Below, in pieces: positions 18,978 to 28,419 of a stretch of DNA of 64,000 nucleotides. The position numbers were made by a program, and so were the translations under genes. Below the pieces are notes generated by a model. The model had not been told where the DNA came from. It worked only from the letters and a program-made list of their open reading frames with translations, and did no database searches. Every line of letters starts with the position of its first letter. Within the stretch, counting starts at the first letter, position 1. The DNA lies in the NCBI GenBank assembly GCA_040384805.1, contig JAZKIP010000004.1, forward strand, positions 10,255 to 74,254. The letters run 5' to 3'. This stretch comes from Patescibacteria group bacterium. Its GTDB lineage: Bacteria > Patescibacteriota > Minisyncoccia > Phycocordibacterales > UBA9973.

Positions 18978-19898
18978 TTATGAAAACAGTTTCTGATGCA
19001 TGCTGCAGAAATGCGCGCTTCGTCCGTTAATGACTTTTCTTAGTATAACACCTCGGCAGTTCGCTTTGCCACACGGCTCTCCCGTTCTCCGGTAGACATT
19101 ATGGTGGGACTGAAATGCGCCTCTTTTGCCGTCGATATCCCTGTAATCGGATGTCGAATCGCCTCCGAAATCAATGCCTTTTTTAAGAACGTCTTTCATT
19201 GCCGCATAGAGTTTTTTGAGTATCATAGCTGGCACTTTCGCTGATCGTGACTTCGGATGAATGCCTGAAAGCCACAGCATCTCATCGGAATAGATATTGC
19301 CGATACCCGCGATGACCGATTGATCCATCAGGACAGTCTTGATATTGCCGCTCGGCCTTTTGAGCAATCGTTGTTTGAATTTTTCAAAGGTAAAATTTTT
19401 CTCAAGTGGTTCCGGCCCAATACCTGACAGATGAATAGTTTGGTGAGCCGTATCAGTCGGCAGAATAACGACCTTGGCGAATTTGCGCATATCCGAGAGT
19501 ACTACCTGTTTGCCGTCTGAAAGTGTAAAGACGACATGGAGGAACTTATTGAACGGATCGAATAATTCTTTGCGTTCGCCCGGAGAGGGGATCCAGATGT
19601 TTTCTTTTTTCTTATAAATATATTTCCCGTAGATAATATGTCCGGTCATCTTCATATGAATGAGGATCGTCTTGTTGCCCGAGAGATTGATGAGAATATT
19701 CTTGGCGCGGCGCTCGACATTGATCACTTTCTGCCCACCAACTTGTTTCTTAAATGAAGCATACGAGGAAGAACTTTTTAGTGATTCGTGCACCCGGTCT
19801 TTCACAGGCAGATCGCTCCAGACATCGGTAATAACGAGCCCTAGCAGGACTTTCTGTAAACCTTTGACTGTGGTTGTTACTTCGGGAAGTTCGGGCAT
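18978..19898 (-). CDS. mutM: Formamidopyrimidine-DNA glycosylase (Fpg/Nei family)
   Basis: Starts MPELPEVTTT (catalytic Pro2/Glu3). C-terminal zinc finger CGKANCRGVILRKVINGRSAHFCSMHQ. The ORF track extends 26 codons further upstream to 19976. Confidence 0.85.
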   Translation of the reverse strand: MPELPEVTTTVKGLQKVLLGLVITDVWSDLPVKDRVHESLKSSSSYASFKKQVGGQKVINVERRAKNILINLSGNKTILIHMKMTGHIIYGKYIYKKKENIWIPSPGERKELFDPFNKFLHVVFTLSDGKQVVLSDMRKFAKVVILPTDTAHQTIHLSGIGPEPLEKNFTFEKFKQRLLKRPSGNIKTVLMDQSVIAGIGNIYSDEMLWLSGIHPKSRSAKVPAMILKKLYAAMKDVLKKGIDFGGDSTSDYRDIDGKRGAFQSHHNVYRRTGEPCGKANCRGVILRKVINGRSAHFCSMHQKLFS

Positions 19899-19976
19899 AT
19901 GAGTAATTATACCGTAAATAAAAAAACCCGGCGTCTTGGTAGAAACCAAAACACTGGGAAAACAAAAACTATGCAC

Positions 19977-20399
19977 TCATCTGTGCTTACCTATAAAACT
20001 GAATAAACCTGAAAGAACGACTTCCTTATCTTTTTCCCTAATAAATTCAACCCAAAAACATACTCTTTTCTTTGCTTTTGTTTTAATTTGCATTTTTAGG
20101 TCAATTGCCTGGTGGGTGAATATCTTGTTCTCGAAATCCTCATTTATGCTCATATTCCACCAACTTTCGAGTTCAACGATAGGCATTTCAGGGTCTTTAG
20201 CCGCTATTTTGGGAATTATCGATCGAAGTAATCCTAAAAAATAATGCCCAGGAATCTGATACGTGTCGTTAATCTTGAGACTCTTTAAACTTAGATCAGC
20301 ATATTCACAATAAGTTTTTAATTTAGAAACAGTTATACCTTCAATATAAAACTCGAAAGTGTGCTGATCCTCCACAAGACATGATTGAATTTTTCCCAT
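19977..20399 (-). CDS. Hypothetical protein
   Basis: 140-aa ORF upstream of mutM on the same strand. No motif recognised. Confidence 0.35.
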   Translation of the reverse strand: MGKIQSCLVEDQHTFEFYIEGITVSKLKTYCEYADLSLKSLKINDTYQIPGHYFLGLLRSIIPKIAAKDPEMPIVELESWWNMSINEDFENKIFTHQAIDLKMQIKTKAKKRVCFWVEFIREKDKEVVLSGLFSFIGKHR

Positions 20400-20500
20400 C
20401 TTTACGCATTTTAAAATTTAACAGGTTTGTTTACTTAATTAAAATTATAACAAGAAATAGGTTATAGTCAAGGAGTTCTATACTGAGATACAAAGCTATT

Positions 20501-21076
20501 TTATTTCCTGCCCAATATTTTAAGCGCCTCCTTGATGCGTGCATTGGTCCCTTCGATTTCGGACGAAATCTGCTTGAGAACATCGCGAGCCTCGTTCTGC
20601 GAGTAGCCGAGCGATTTGAGAGCTTCGACGACATCGCTTTCCCCGCGAAGGCTTGAAGAGCCCTCTTCGCCCTTGTGCGCCTGTAATTTATCGCGCAGTT
20701 CGATGACGATTTTCTCTGCGGTTTTGCGGCCGATACCGGAGACTTTCGTCAGATAGCTCGTGTCTCCCGTCGCGATCGCTTTCTTCAGAGTATCAATAGG
20801 CGCGACAGTCAGAATTGAAAGGGCCGATCGGGGGCCGATGCCTGAGACATCCAAGAGGAGCTCGAAGAACATTTCTTCATCTATTGTTCTGAATCCATAA
20901 AGATCGAGGGTATCTTCCCGTACGGCAGTATATGTCCAGAAAGACCCTACATCTCCGAGTCCATATGAAGAAATCGTATCGATACTCACGTATACTTTGT
21001 AGCCGACGCCTTTGACATCGACAATGATAAATTTCTCGGTGGTTAACACGATAGTTCCTTCTATGCGGGCAATCAT
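20501..21076 (-). CDS. ruvA: Holliday junction DNA helicase RuvA
   Basis: MIARIEGTIV ... GVGYKVYVS ... LLDVSGIGPRSALSIL ... VSGIGRKTAEKIVIELRDKL ... LGY ... AR (OB fold + 2 HhH + domain III). The ORF track starts 39 codons upstream. Confidence 0.85.
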   Translation of the reverse strand: MIARIEGTIVLTTEKFIIVDVKGVGYKVYVSIDTISSYGLGDVGSFWTYTAVREDTLDLYGFRTIDEEMFFELLLDVSGIGPRSALSILTVAPIDTLKKAIATGDTSYLTKVSGIGRKTAEKIVIELRDKLQAHKGEEGSSSLRGESDVVEALKSLGYSQNEARDVLKQISSEIEGTNARIKEALKILGRK

Positions 21077-21239
21077 TGTTCTATTATACTTGATAACCCT
21101 TGAATGCGACAGCGTATTTACAAAGCGCTTTTTCGGTGCTATTATGGATCCATTCATCCATATCAGTGTCTCGGTATATATGAATTTCCACATCTCATTT
21201 TAGTAATCATTAATTAGTAATCCGTAATTACGAAGTATC

Positions 21240-21494
21240 ATGCCAATCACAAAATCAGCAAAAAAGGCTCTCCGAGGATCAGCCCGCAAGAAGACTATGA
21301 ATGATCGCAACAAGAAGCTCGTGAAGGAATCAATCAAGAAGATCGAAAAGCTCGTCAAGGACAAGAACAAGGACGAAGCAAAGAAGCTTCTCTCGCAAGC
21401 CTACAGTGCGATCGATAAGGCCGCAAAAAAGGGAGTATATAAGAAAAATAACGCATCCCGCAAGAAGGCCCGGCTTTCCAAGATCACAAAGTAA
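21240..21494 (+). CDS. rpsT: 30S ribosomal protein S20
   Basis: MPITKSAKKALRGSARKK ... AIDKAAKKGVYKKNNASRKKARL matches the S20 consensus. Confidence 0.85.
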   Translation: MPITKSAKKALRGSARKKTMNDRNKKLVKESIKKIEKLVKDKNKDEAKKLLSQAYSAIDKAAKKGVYKKNNASRKKARLSKITK

Positions 21495-21495
21495 A

Positions 21496-21533
21496 TAAAA
21501 ATCCTCTCTGGCCCAAGTCAGAGAGGATTTTTA
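21496..21533. terminator. Bidirectional terminator (AATCCTCTCTG-GCCCAAGT-CAGAGAGGATT flanked by A/T runs)
   Basis: 11-bp stem between convergent rpsT and the minus-strand hypothetical gene. Confidence 0.75.
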
Positions 21534-21538
21534 TTTAC

Positions 21539-21883
21539 TTAATTTTGATCTTTCTTTGAAAGACGCTCTGCTAAATCGTTAAATTCTTTTTTTAATATAG
21601 AATCTATCTCTTGCACTTTTCCGTATTCCGGAATGTCATGATTCATATTTTGCATCAAGGCTGTAATTTTAGCGCTGAACTCGTAATATCCTCTCAGTTT
21701 CGGATCATCAAGGGATAGAGCCGAGCGCATTTCATTTTGGATCTCAGCAAAGGCTTCTTCTAATTGAGATGCACTCTCCTCATTGCTTTTAATAGGGAAA
21801 GTAATTGTTTCTTTCATGTATATATCGTATCGCATTTTGCCATATAACACCCTGCGGGTATAATAGGGTAATGAATTCAACAA
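21539..21883 (-). CDS. Hypothetical protein (true start probably an internal Met near 21835 or 21817)
   Basis: Acidic small protein with no motif. Confidence 0.35.
   Translation of the reverse strand: MLNSLPYYTRRVLYGKMRYDIYMKETITFPIKSNEESASQLEEAFAEIQNEMRSALSLDDPKLRGYYEFSAKITALMQNMNHDIPEYGKVQEIDSILKKEFNDLAERLSKKDQN
21859..21864 (+). promoter_or_regulatory. Candidate -10 box TATAAT 6 nt upstream of the thioredoxin-like ATG (possible leaderless transcript)
   Basis: GGGTATAATAGGGTAATG. No room for an SD sequence. Confidence 0.3.
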
Positions 21884-22146
21884 AGGACCTACTTTTCTTT
21901 TACGGACGTGAATGTCCTCATTGCAAGCGTATGGAGAAGCATGTCGACAAGCTTGCCGCCGAGGGAATCCATATCGAGAAAATCGAGATTTGGCATAATA
22001 AAGACAACGAAGAAATGATGGTCAAGCTCGACTGCGAAGACGAGCCCTGCGGCGGTGTGCCATTCTTCCTCAATCAGAAAACTCACAAGACTGTTTGCGG
22101 GGAAGTGCCATTCAGAGACCTCAAAGCCTGGGCAGAGGGGAAGTAA
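21871..22146 (+). CDS. Thioredoxin/glutaredoxin-fold protein (CPHC active site)
   Basis: FFYGRECPHCKRMEKHVDKL ... CGGVPFF. Confidence 0.65.
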   Translation: MNSTKDLLFFYGRECPHCKRMEKHVDKLAAEGIHIEKIEIWHNKDNEEMMVKLDCEDEPCGGVPFFLNQKTHKTVCGEVPFRDLKAWAEGK

Positions 22147-22177
22147 CAACCTTCTTTTTAGCTTATACCATAGTTAA

Positions 22178-22217
22178 ATCTAAACAATTATAGCGATCGC
22201 TATAATTGTTTAGATTA
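22178..22217. repeat. 40-bp perfect palindrome AATCTAAACAATTATAGCGATCGCTATAATTGTTTAGATT 70 bp upstream of tRNA-Arg
   Basis: Self-complementary. Central GCGATCGC. No T-run after it. Confidence 0.6.
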
Positions 22218-22288
22218 GATAGAGTAATAATTTCCTCCTTTTCGTTCCCTTGCTAATATGACCCTTATAGTATAGATTGGTAAAACAT

Positions 22289-22363
22289 GGTCCCGTCGTT
22301 CAATGGATAGGACGTAACTTTGCGGAAGTTATGATGCAGGTTCGATTCCTGCCGGGATCACCA
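22289..22363 (+). tRNA. tRNA-Arg (anticodon read as GCG; encoded CCA)
   Basis: GGTCCCGTCGTTCAATGGATAGGACGTAACTTTGCGGAAGTTATGATGCAGGTTCGATTCCTGCCGGGATCACCA. Acceptor GGTCCCG/CGGGATC (one G-U), D-stem GTTC/GGAC, anticodon stem TAACT/AGTTA with loop TTGCGGA, T-arm GCAGG-TTCGATT-CCTGC. Confidence 0.75.
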
Positions 22364-23973
22364 AAAACAAAACTTCGGTCTTCAAGAACCCTGAAGCCAT
22401 TTCTGCATTGATAAGCTAGGGTGTCGTGGGAAAACCTGATTTCGGAAAATACCTTCGTGATGATTTGCTGCTTTTCGCTAGGGTTTGCCAATTTATAGTA
22501 TAGATACGCATCCCTGAGGATTTCGGAAAGTTTTACAAGGTCTTTTACGACTTGGTTCAATGGGATATCCGCGCTGTCTTCTTTATTCGCTATTTCCTCT
22601 AACTTTTTTTCTAAGCGCATCTCTTCATTTATGTAATCCTGAGGAGTAAAAACACCGCTCTTCAGTAGGGTAAGTTTATTCATCTGCAGGTACTGGATTT
22701 CTTCCTGAGTTTTCCTTTTCTCCCTCTCTATTTCGACAGCTTCTTTCTTTCGGCGTTCTTCTAAGATAGATAATACTGTTTTAATCCGAGAATCAATCTC
22801 CCGGAGTTCGTCTTCGCTGTAAAAAAGCTGGGATATTTTTTCACCGATAGTATCCTCGATAAAAGCAGAGTTAATACTTCTAAGCGTGTTAGAACAACCA
22901 AAACAACAACGGCTCCCGTAATAATGAATTCCTTTCTTTTCATAGGGCGTATAAACTCTGTTGCAATGGAAACACCTTACGATACCTCGATAGGGGAAGT
23001 AAATCTTATCAGTGTAGTGTACGCTGACGTTCTTCTTCGCAAGTATGCTTTCAGCTCTATAAAAGAGTACTGGGTCAATAATCGGTGCATGGCTTTTGCT
23101 CGGAACCCATTTCCTGCCATTACCTCTTATCTCACCAATATAAAAGCGATTCCTCAGAATCCAGTGGATATGGTTGAAGGTGATAGGCCTGCATACTTTA
23201 TCGATAACTAGTTCTTTGTTTGAAAGCATTTCTTTCAAGCTCCTCTTTCGTCTTACGGCAGGCATCGTGAGACCCTGTTCGTTCGCCCACTTTGCAAGGT
23301 CTATCAGGCTCCACGTTCCCTCAACATACTTTTCAAAGATTTGCTTTATAATTGGAGCTCGTTCCGGGTCGAAGGGTTTATAATAAGGATTTCCCTGATT
23401 AAGGTAGCCGATAGGTGCACGATAGGTACAAATACCCTCATCTCTTAATTTTGTCAGTGCGAAGCGTATCTTTTCGCTTGTAACCCGTGAATGGTGTTCG
23501 GCGAATACTCCGTCAATATCCCGATAAAGCTCGCCTCCAGAATTATTCTCGTAACGAACTAAGACAAAATGCACATCGCTCCCTTGCTTCATAAGTTTAT
23601 TAAGAATACTGTTATCGCTTTTATTACGGCTTATTCTGTCCCAGCAGAGGGCTATAACGCCTCTAATAGCGCTATCATTCATTAGCTGTGTAAGCTTATG
23701 GAACTTGGGCCGCTCTGTATAGTATTGAACCGAACCGTCATCGCGAATCGTTAAGTCCTTATCTTCCTTGAAACCTGTATGCTTTTCTATGATAAATCCC
23801 GATTCGCAAAATCCTTCGATATTCATTGAGGCGATAGGGAGGTTTGCCGATTTAACGTACTTGAGAATCTCCTTCTTTTGGTACTCAATGGAATTCTGCT
23901 GACTATCGGAATCATCCGTACTACGACGAATGTAAACGAGGTACTTATCTTTGTATGGTAACTCTTGACGCAT
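22300..23973 (-). CDS. Large serine recombinase (integrase) with its 3' end reading into the tRNA-Arg gene
   Basis: Resolvase-type catalytic domain (YLVYIRRSTDDSDSQ ... IALCWDRISRN). Recombinase domain. Zinc ribbon CFHCNRVYTPYEKKGIHYYGSRCCFGC. C-terminal coiled-coil. The last 21 codons overlap the tRNA. Confidence 0.85.
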   Translation of the reverse strand: MRQELPYKDKYLVYIRRSTDDSDSQQNSIEYQKKEILKYVKSANLPIASMNIEGFCESGFIIEKHTGFKEDKDLTIRDDGSVQYYTERPKFHKLTQLMNDSAIRGVIALCWDRISRNKSDNSILNKLMKQGSDVHFVLVRYENNSGGELYRDIDGVFAEHHSRVTSEKIRFALTKLRDEGICTYRAPIGYLNQGNPYYKPFDPERAPIIKQIFEKYVEGTWSLIDLAKWANEQGLTMPAVRRKRSLKEMLSNKELVIDKVCRPITFNHIHWILRNRFYIGEIRGNGRKWVPSKSHAPIIDPVLFYRAESILAKKNVSVHYTDKIYFPYRGIVRCFHCNRVYTPYEKKGIHYYGSRCCFGCSNTLRSINSAFIEDTIGEKISQLFYSEDELREIDSRIKTVLSILEERRKKEAVEIEREKRKTQEEIQYLQMNKLTLLKSGVFTPQDYINEEMRLEKKLEEIANKEDSADIPLNQVVKDLVKLSEILRDAYLYYKLANPSEKQQIITKVFSEIRFSHDTLAYQCRNGFRVLEDRSFVFGDPGRNRTCIITSAKLRPIH

Positions 23974-23988
23974 ATAAATTATTATGTC

Positions 23989-24219
23989 TTAATTTTTAAC
24001 TTTTTGCAAAAATCTTTTCCTCTCATCATCAATTGATACTCCTTCAGCGACCAATCGGAGCCGTATTTTCTGCAAGATATCAGTAAAACCGGAGATATTT
24101 TCTATCTCCTCATCTGAAAATATATTCGGTGTTTGATTGTCTGAATCAGTATCCATAATCAAACCTCGAGTTTTAACCGCCGGCGGTTCTTGTGGGTACA
24201 ACCAGACGGTTAATCTCAA
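23989..24219 (-). CDS. Small acidic hypothetical protein (possible recombination directionality factor or regulator)
   Basis: Immediately upstream of the integrase on the same strand. No motif. Confidence 0.3.
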   Translation of the reverse strand: MRLTVWLYPQEPPAVKTRGLIMDTDSDNQTPNIFSDEEIENISGFTDILQKIRLRLVAEGVSIDDERKRFLQKVKN

Positions 24220-24282
24220 AAGGTATGATATGAGAATATCAAAAGACCACCCGAACGAGGGTTACACTAATTTCCTATTAAA

Positions 24283-25434
24283 CTATTTATCAGAAAATCG
24301 CCTTTTAATTCTATGGTTTCTTGTCTTTAGAGTTTGAGCTTTTCTTTTTAACTTATCTTTATATGTATTATCAGGAAAAATTTCTTCATTAGGGTCAAGT
24401 ATTTTGTCAGCGATGTCTTTAAAACTTTCCCCCTTGTCCGCTCTCTGTTTAATACTTAAATCAGTCGCAATGAGAGTCTTCTTGCGACGTCTCTTGTTTT
24501 TCTTTTCATTAAGATTTTTAACTAGTTGATTATATGCAGAGAGGAGATACCTCGGAATTTTCCCTTTTAATGGTAAAGAATTGGTTAGACGGAAAAATCG
24601 CTTCGCAGCATCTTTTTCTTCTGTTGTGTATGAATGCGTGAAGCCTTGAAAAGCATCTATTGCTGTAGGCATATAAAAAACATCCTTTAATTCTAAAATT
24701 TCGCCATAAAGTATATATGGCTCTATCGCTAGATTTTTCAACAAACTCTGTTTTTGTTCAAGTATAACCTTCAATGAAGCATGCTTTTCAAGCAGAAAAT
24801 TGAGATAAGTTGTATATTCCATATCGAATGCTGAACCATCAGGAACTTTATCTGTTGTGAATATTATCTGCGATGCAACGAATTTCTTATTGTATTCCAA
24901 TATCTCTATTGGTTGGATAGGTTCTTGCGTTTCGCTCAAACCAAATGTAGGTTGATGAAATACAAGATTAGCGTTAAGAAGAGAGACTGCTTTAATAAGA
25001 GTATCTTTTTCTTTTTTTAACAAAATTATATTTTCTTGAGTCTTATCGTTTAGTAAAATCCTATAGTTTTTAAGTAGAGTATCAGCACTTTTACTTAATT
25101 TTTGTTGGCAGTAAATACAGTTATCATCCGTTTCGGGATAATCTGGTTTGTTAATTATTTTTATATATTCTTCCGCTGATTTAATAAAAGAACTAAATTC
25201 TTCGGTATTATAAAATTTAATCTCATTAGTTTCTGCTATCTCTTTAATTCCGGTCTGGGCCTTACTCTCAAGAATCGCAATCTGTTTATTCAAGGTGATA
25301 ATTGTTTGCCATTTTTCGTTTGTTAGAGTTGTTTGTGCCGTTCTCATTTTACCACCCTGTACAGTAATTTCTGACATTGATGCTATCAGATTTTGAATCT
25401 CCGTTTCTAGTAAAGTTCTATTTAGGTCAGTCAA
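24283..25434 (-). CDS. Hypothetical protein (383 aa) with basic C-terminus, element cargo
   Basis: No recognisable motif. KKNKRRRKK near the C-terminus. Confidence 0.4.
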   Translation of the reverse strand: MTDLNRTLLETEIQNLIASMSEITVQGGKMRTAQTTLTNEKWQTIITLNKQIAILESKAQTGIKEIAETNEIKFYNTEEFSSFIKSAEEYIKIINKPDYPETDDNCIYCQQKLSKSADTLLKNYRILLNDKTQENIILLKKEKDTLIKAVSLLNANLVFHQPTFGLSETQEPIQPIEILEYNKKFVASQIIFTTDKVPDGSAFDMEYTTYLNFLLEKHASLKVILEQKQSLLKNLAIEPYILYGEILELKDVFYMPTAIDAFQGFTHSYTTEEKDAAKRFFRLTNSLPLKGKIPRYLLSAYNQLVKNLNEKKNKRRRKKTLIATDLSIKQRADKGESFKDIADKILDPNEEIFPDNTYKDKLKRKAQTLKTRNHRIKRRFSDK

Positions 25435-25644
25435 TTCTTTTTGAATATCTTTCAGTTCTTTGGCTTGAACGTCAGTATTGGTAGTGATAACTAGATTAAA
25501 AATTGAAAGTCCGATATGGACTGAAGGTTTATCTGCTAAATAATTTCATTTCTCCGATACTTATTTTAACTAACGGATACCATTTACTCATTTCTGAAAT
25601 CCAAGTGCTAGGCTCACACAGTCGTGCGCAGTACGAGGAGCTTA

Positions 25645-25669
25645 AAAACCACCTGTTCAAGTGGTTTTT
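25645..25669 (-). terminator. Terminator hairpin AAAAACCAC-CTGTTCAA-GTGGTTTTT downstream of the 746-aa gene
   Basis: Stem with A/T flanks directly 3' (minus strand) of the stop at 25700. Confidence 0.55.
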
Positions 25670-25699
25670 AATTTAATCTCATGTAAAACTTAATAAGTC

Positions 25700-27940
25700 T
25701 TAAGAAGACTTCTCTAATTTATTTTTTAGATCCATCCACTCTTTATGGAGTGTTTCTAAGTGTTTTGGAACTTTTTTATCGATAATTGTTTGCAATTCAT
25801 TCCTAAGATTGGCAAAAATTTCCTTTGATGTACCTTCAGTATATCGTTGATTGCCAACTAATTTACCCACTTCAGAATTTGTATTGTTAGAAGAGATATA
25901 AAATCGATTTTTCTTTTGCAACTCAGAAATTGTCTTATCTATTTCATCAATTTTTGCTTGCAGTTTTTTTATGCCTTCTAATTTTTCTAAGTCAGATTCC
26001 CATTTAGTCAAAGCACTACCCTTTCCCAAAAAACCGGCCTTTGGTTTTAGTGCATTATGTCTTGAAATTGAATAATCAATATAAGCAGGAGAAATATTTA
26101 GGTTGGAAAAATTTGATTCAAGGAGTTTTAGTTTATCTTTTTTTGTTTGTCTTTCGATGTTTTGTGTTTTTATTTCTGCATCTACCGAAGGTACTTCAAT
26201 CATATTCCCATTTAAAATGATCTTTTCTTGAGGTAGCGTTGCTTCCAAGCTCGTAAGTTCAACAAGTAAATCTTCTGCATTCTTTCTATCTTGTTCAATT
26301 TTAGCAATAGCAGATCCTATTCTGTAGACATTATCCGCAGCAAAATTTTCTTTTGTTTTTTCTTCCTGCAACTCTTTTTGTTTTAAGGCTACATCTACTG
26401 CTAGTTGTAGTTTTTCAGAAACTTTCTGTTTCATGTAATTAATTTTTTTAATTTTCTCATCAAGATACGCGATCGCATCTGAATACGATCTTGATTTATT
26501 AGCCTCTATGAGTTCATTGATCGGTTTTTTTGCTGAATCACTATAATTTCCATTTATAGCTTTACTGACAGAGAGTTTAAATGCAGTATTAGAATAATCA
26601 GGTCTGCCTATATCAAGACGAAGTTCTGATATTTGATCCTTGCCATTAGTTCCTCTAAGAAGACTTTTTATACCATCTTCTGTATTCAAAGCACGTATTA
26701 CTTCAATAAATTTCTCTAGTTTCACTTTCTGTTTTTTAATTGCTTCTTTTACAGAAACAAAGTTAAACGTCGGAGGAAAAGAAGTTACATCTTTCAGGCT
26801 TTCTTGTAGCGTTTTCACGTATTCAGGTGACATAAGACTTATATAATCCTCATAATTACCACCATAACCTGTAGCATATTCAGGATTGAAGTCTATACCT
26901 TTTGCTTTAAACATTTCAGATTTCTCTTTCATAAGATCTCTGAAATGTTGCTGTAAATTCTCGAATTCCTTCATTGCGTCTCGAGCTTCTGAACCTTCTT
27001 TAGGACTCCCAGACTGCAACTGTTCTTTTAAATCTTGGCTATACTCACGACCATCATCAAATCTTCGGAATTGTTTATTTGTCTGATTCTCGTATGCTTT
27101 TTTCAAAGCTAACTGTGCAACTTCTTTGCCATACATTGCTTCGACTTCATTGAAACTTTGGGGAAATAGTTGAATTTCAGAGGTCCGATTAAAAGTCACA
27201 GTATCATTATTTAACACAATCGCATACTCATGATAGTTGTCGTTCTTGATTGTTAGTTTGCATTCTTTATTCTGTGCGTTACCTTCAAGTGATTGTTTTG
27301 GTATTTCATTCTCGAATGTTTCGGCAATACCATCAACTACTTCAATGTTGCCCTCTGGTGTTTTTAACTTTTCTGTATTAAGCTCAATTTCTATCTCTTG
27401 CAGTTTTTTATTTAACGCTTCTTCTGCTAATTCATATGTAAAATCATTATCATTTGGCATGACTTCAAGATCAATCAGCATTTTATGCAGCTTTGTCTCC
27501 ATTTCTTCAAATTCTGATTCATCTTCTAAGGCTTTTTTATATAGAATAACATCTTGATCCTCTTTGAATTCAGGATGATCTATAAAAGAATCAACACTTT
27601 TAATACCTTTTGTTTCTTCAAGTACATCTTTAAATTCAGCAAAACTTTCCGTCACAGGTTTTTTTCCTTTCTCGACAGAATCTTTCTTACCAGCTTTATA
27701 AGATTTCATTGTTAACTTATCAGAAGTATTATCTGCGAGTGTATTCCTTATTAAAAGCAATCTATTTTTTAGTACATTTATTTCTTTAATTTTAGCTCTA
27801 GTTGGCTCAAGCACAGCATCTTCCTTTGCTTTCTGCTCTGTAATCTTATTTTCGATAGCCTCGGTTTTTAAGTTAGTTAGTTTATCTTTTAATGCCATAT
27901 AGTTTATTATATTTGTTTTATATAGTAATGTACATAACAT
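25700..27940 (-). CDS. Large coiled-coil Lys/Glu-rich hypothetical protein (746 aa; probable start MALKDKL at about 27898), element cargo
   Basis: Long heptad-like K/E/L-rich stretches. No Walker or catalytic motif recognised. Confidence 0.45.
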   Translation of the reverse strand: MLCTLLYKTNIINYMALKDKLTNLKTEAIENKITEQKAKEDAVLEPTRAKIKEINVLKNRLLLIRNTLADNTSDKLTMKSYKAGKKDSVEKGKKPVTESFAEFKDVLEETKGIKSVDSFIDHPEFKEDQDVILYKKALEDESEFEEMETKLHKMLIDLEVMPNDNDFTYELAEEALNKKLQEIEIELNTEKLKTPEGNIEVVDGIAETFENEIPKQSLEGNAQNKECKLTIKNDNYHEYAIVLNNDTVTFNRTSEIQLFPQSFNEVEAMYGKEVAQLALKKAYENQTNKQFRRFDDGREYSQDLKEQLQSGSPKEGSEARDAMKEFENLQQHFRDLMKEKSEMFKAKGIDFNPEYATGYGGNYEDYISLMSPEYVKTLQESLKDVTSFPPTFNFVSVKEAIKKQKVKLEKFIEVIRALNTEDGIKSLLRGTNGKDQISELRLDIGRPDYSNTAFKLSVSKAINGNYSDSAKKPINELIEANKSRSYSDAIAYLDEKIKKINYMKQKVSEKLQLAVDVALKQKELQEEKTKENFAADNVYRIGSAIAKIEQDRKNAEDLLVELTSLEATLPQEKIILNGNMIEVPSVDAEIKTQNIERQTKKDKLKLLESNFSNLNISPAYIDYSISRHNALKPKAGFLGKGSALTKWESDLEKLEGIKKLQAKIDEIDKTISELQKKNRFYISSNNTNSEVGKLVGNQRYTEGTSKEIFANLRNELQTIIDKKVPKHLETLHKEWMDLKNKLEKSS

Positions 27941-28419
27941 TATATAATTTATAAGTAATTTGTCAAATAAAATATTATTTCTTGGAATTTATACCCACCA
28001 GTCCAGTTTTATGTAGCTGCATGAAGGGGTTCAAAGTGATATACTGAAACCAGTAGAAATAACCTTACGTGGTAATGAACCAAGAAGTTCTATCACGATC
28101 AGCATCACCCGTTAGAAAAAGAGCTGCTCGATAAGAGTGGCCTTTTTCTTTTGGTGATTCCGAAGAAGATACCTGTGTATCTTCTGTGCAGGAATCGAAG
28201 ACCTTTTCCATATGAATTTATGAATGGAAAAGGTTTACTGGTCATGTAGTGACCGATACGCGTACTCGCGGTCCTGCCGGGATCACATTTTTGGACAAAG
28301 AGAGGTTTATTCGAACTCATTTAATGGAGAAAGCAACCAGTATCATCTTAGTTGAGGGTTAAACTCATTCTGTTAGGTAAGTCTATGTATTATAGATACT
28401 ATCTGATATTCATATATAT

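Larger units (their letters stand above)
22347..28286. mobile_element. Putative integrated element (about 5.9 kb) bounded by the tRNA-Arg 3' end and a 15-bp copy of it
   Basis: TCCTGCCGGGATCAC occurs at 22347-22361 (tRNA T-stem/acceptor 3' half) and again at 28272-28286. A serine integrase lies at the tRNA-proximal end. All cargo genes are on the minus strand. AT-rich relative to flanks. Confidence 0.6.

Noticed and set aside
28105-28320. 71-aa minus-strand ORF spanning the att-like 15-mer
   Set aside because: It covers the hairpin and att-like junction region. A short, compositionally odd ORF is more likely non-coding element boundary sequence.
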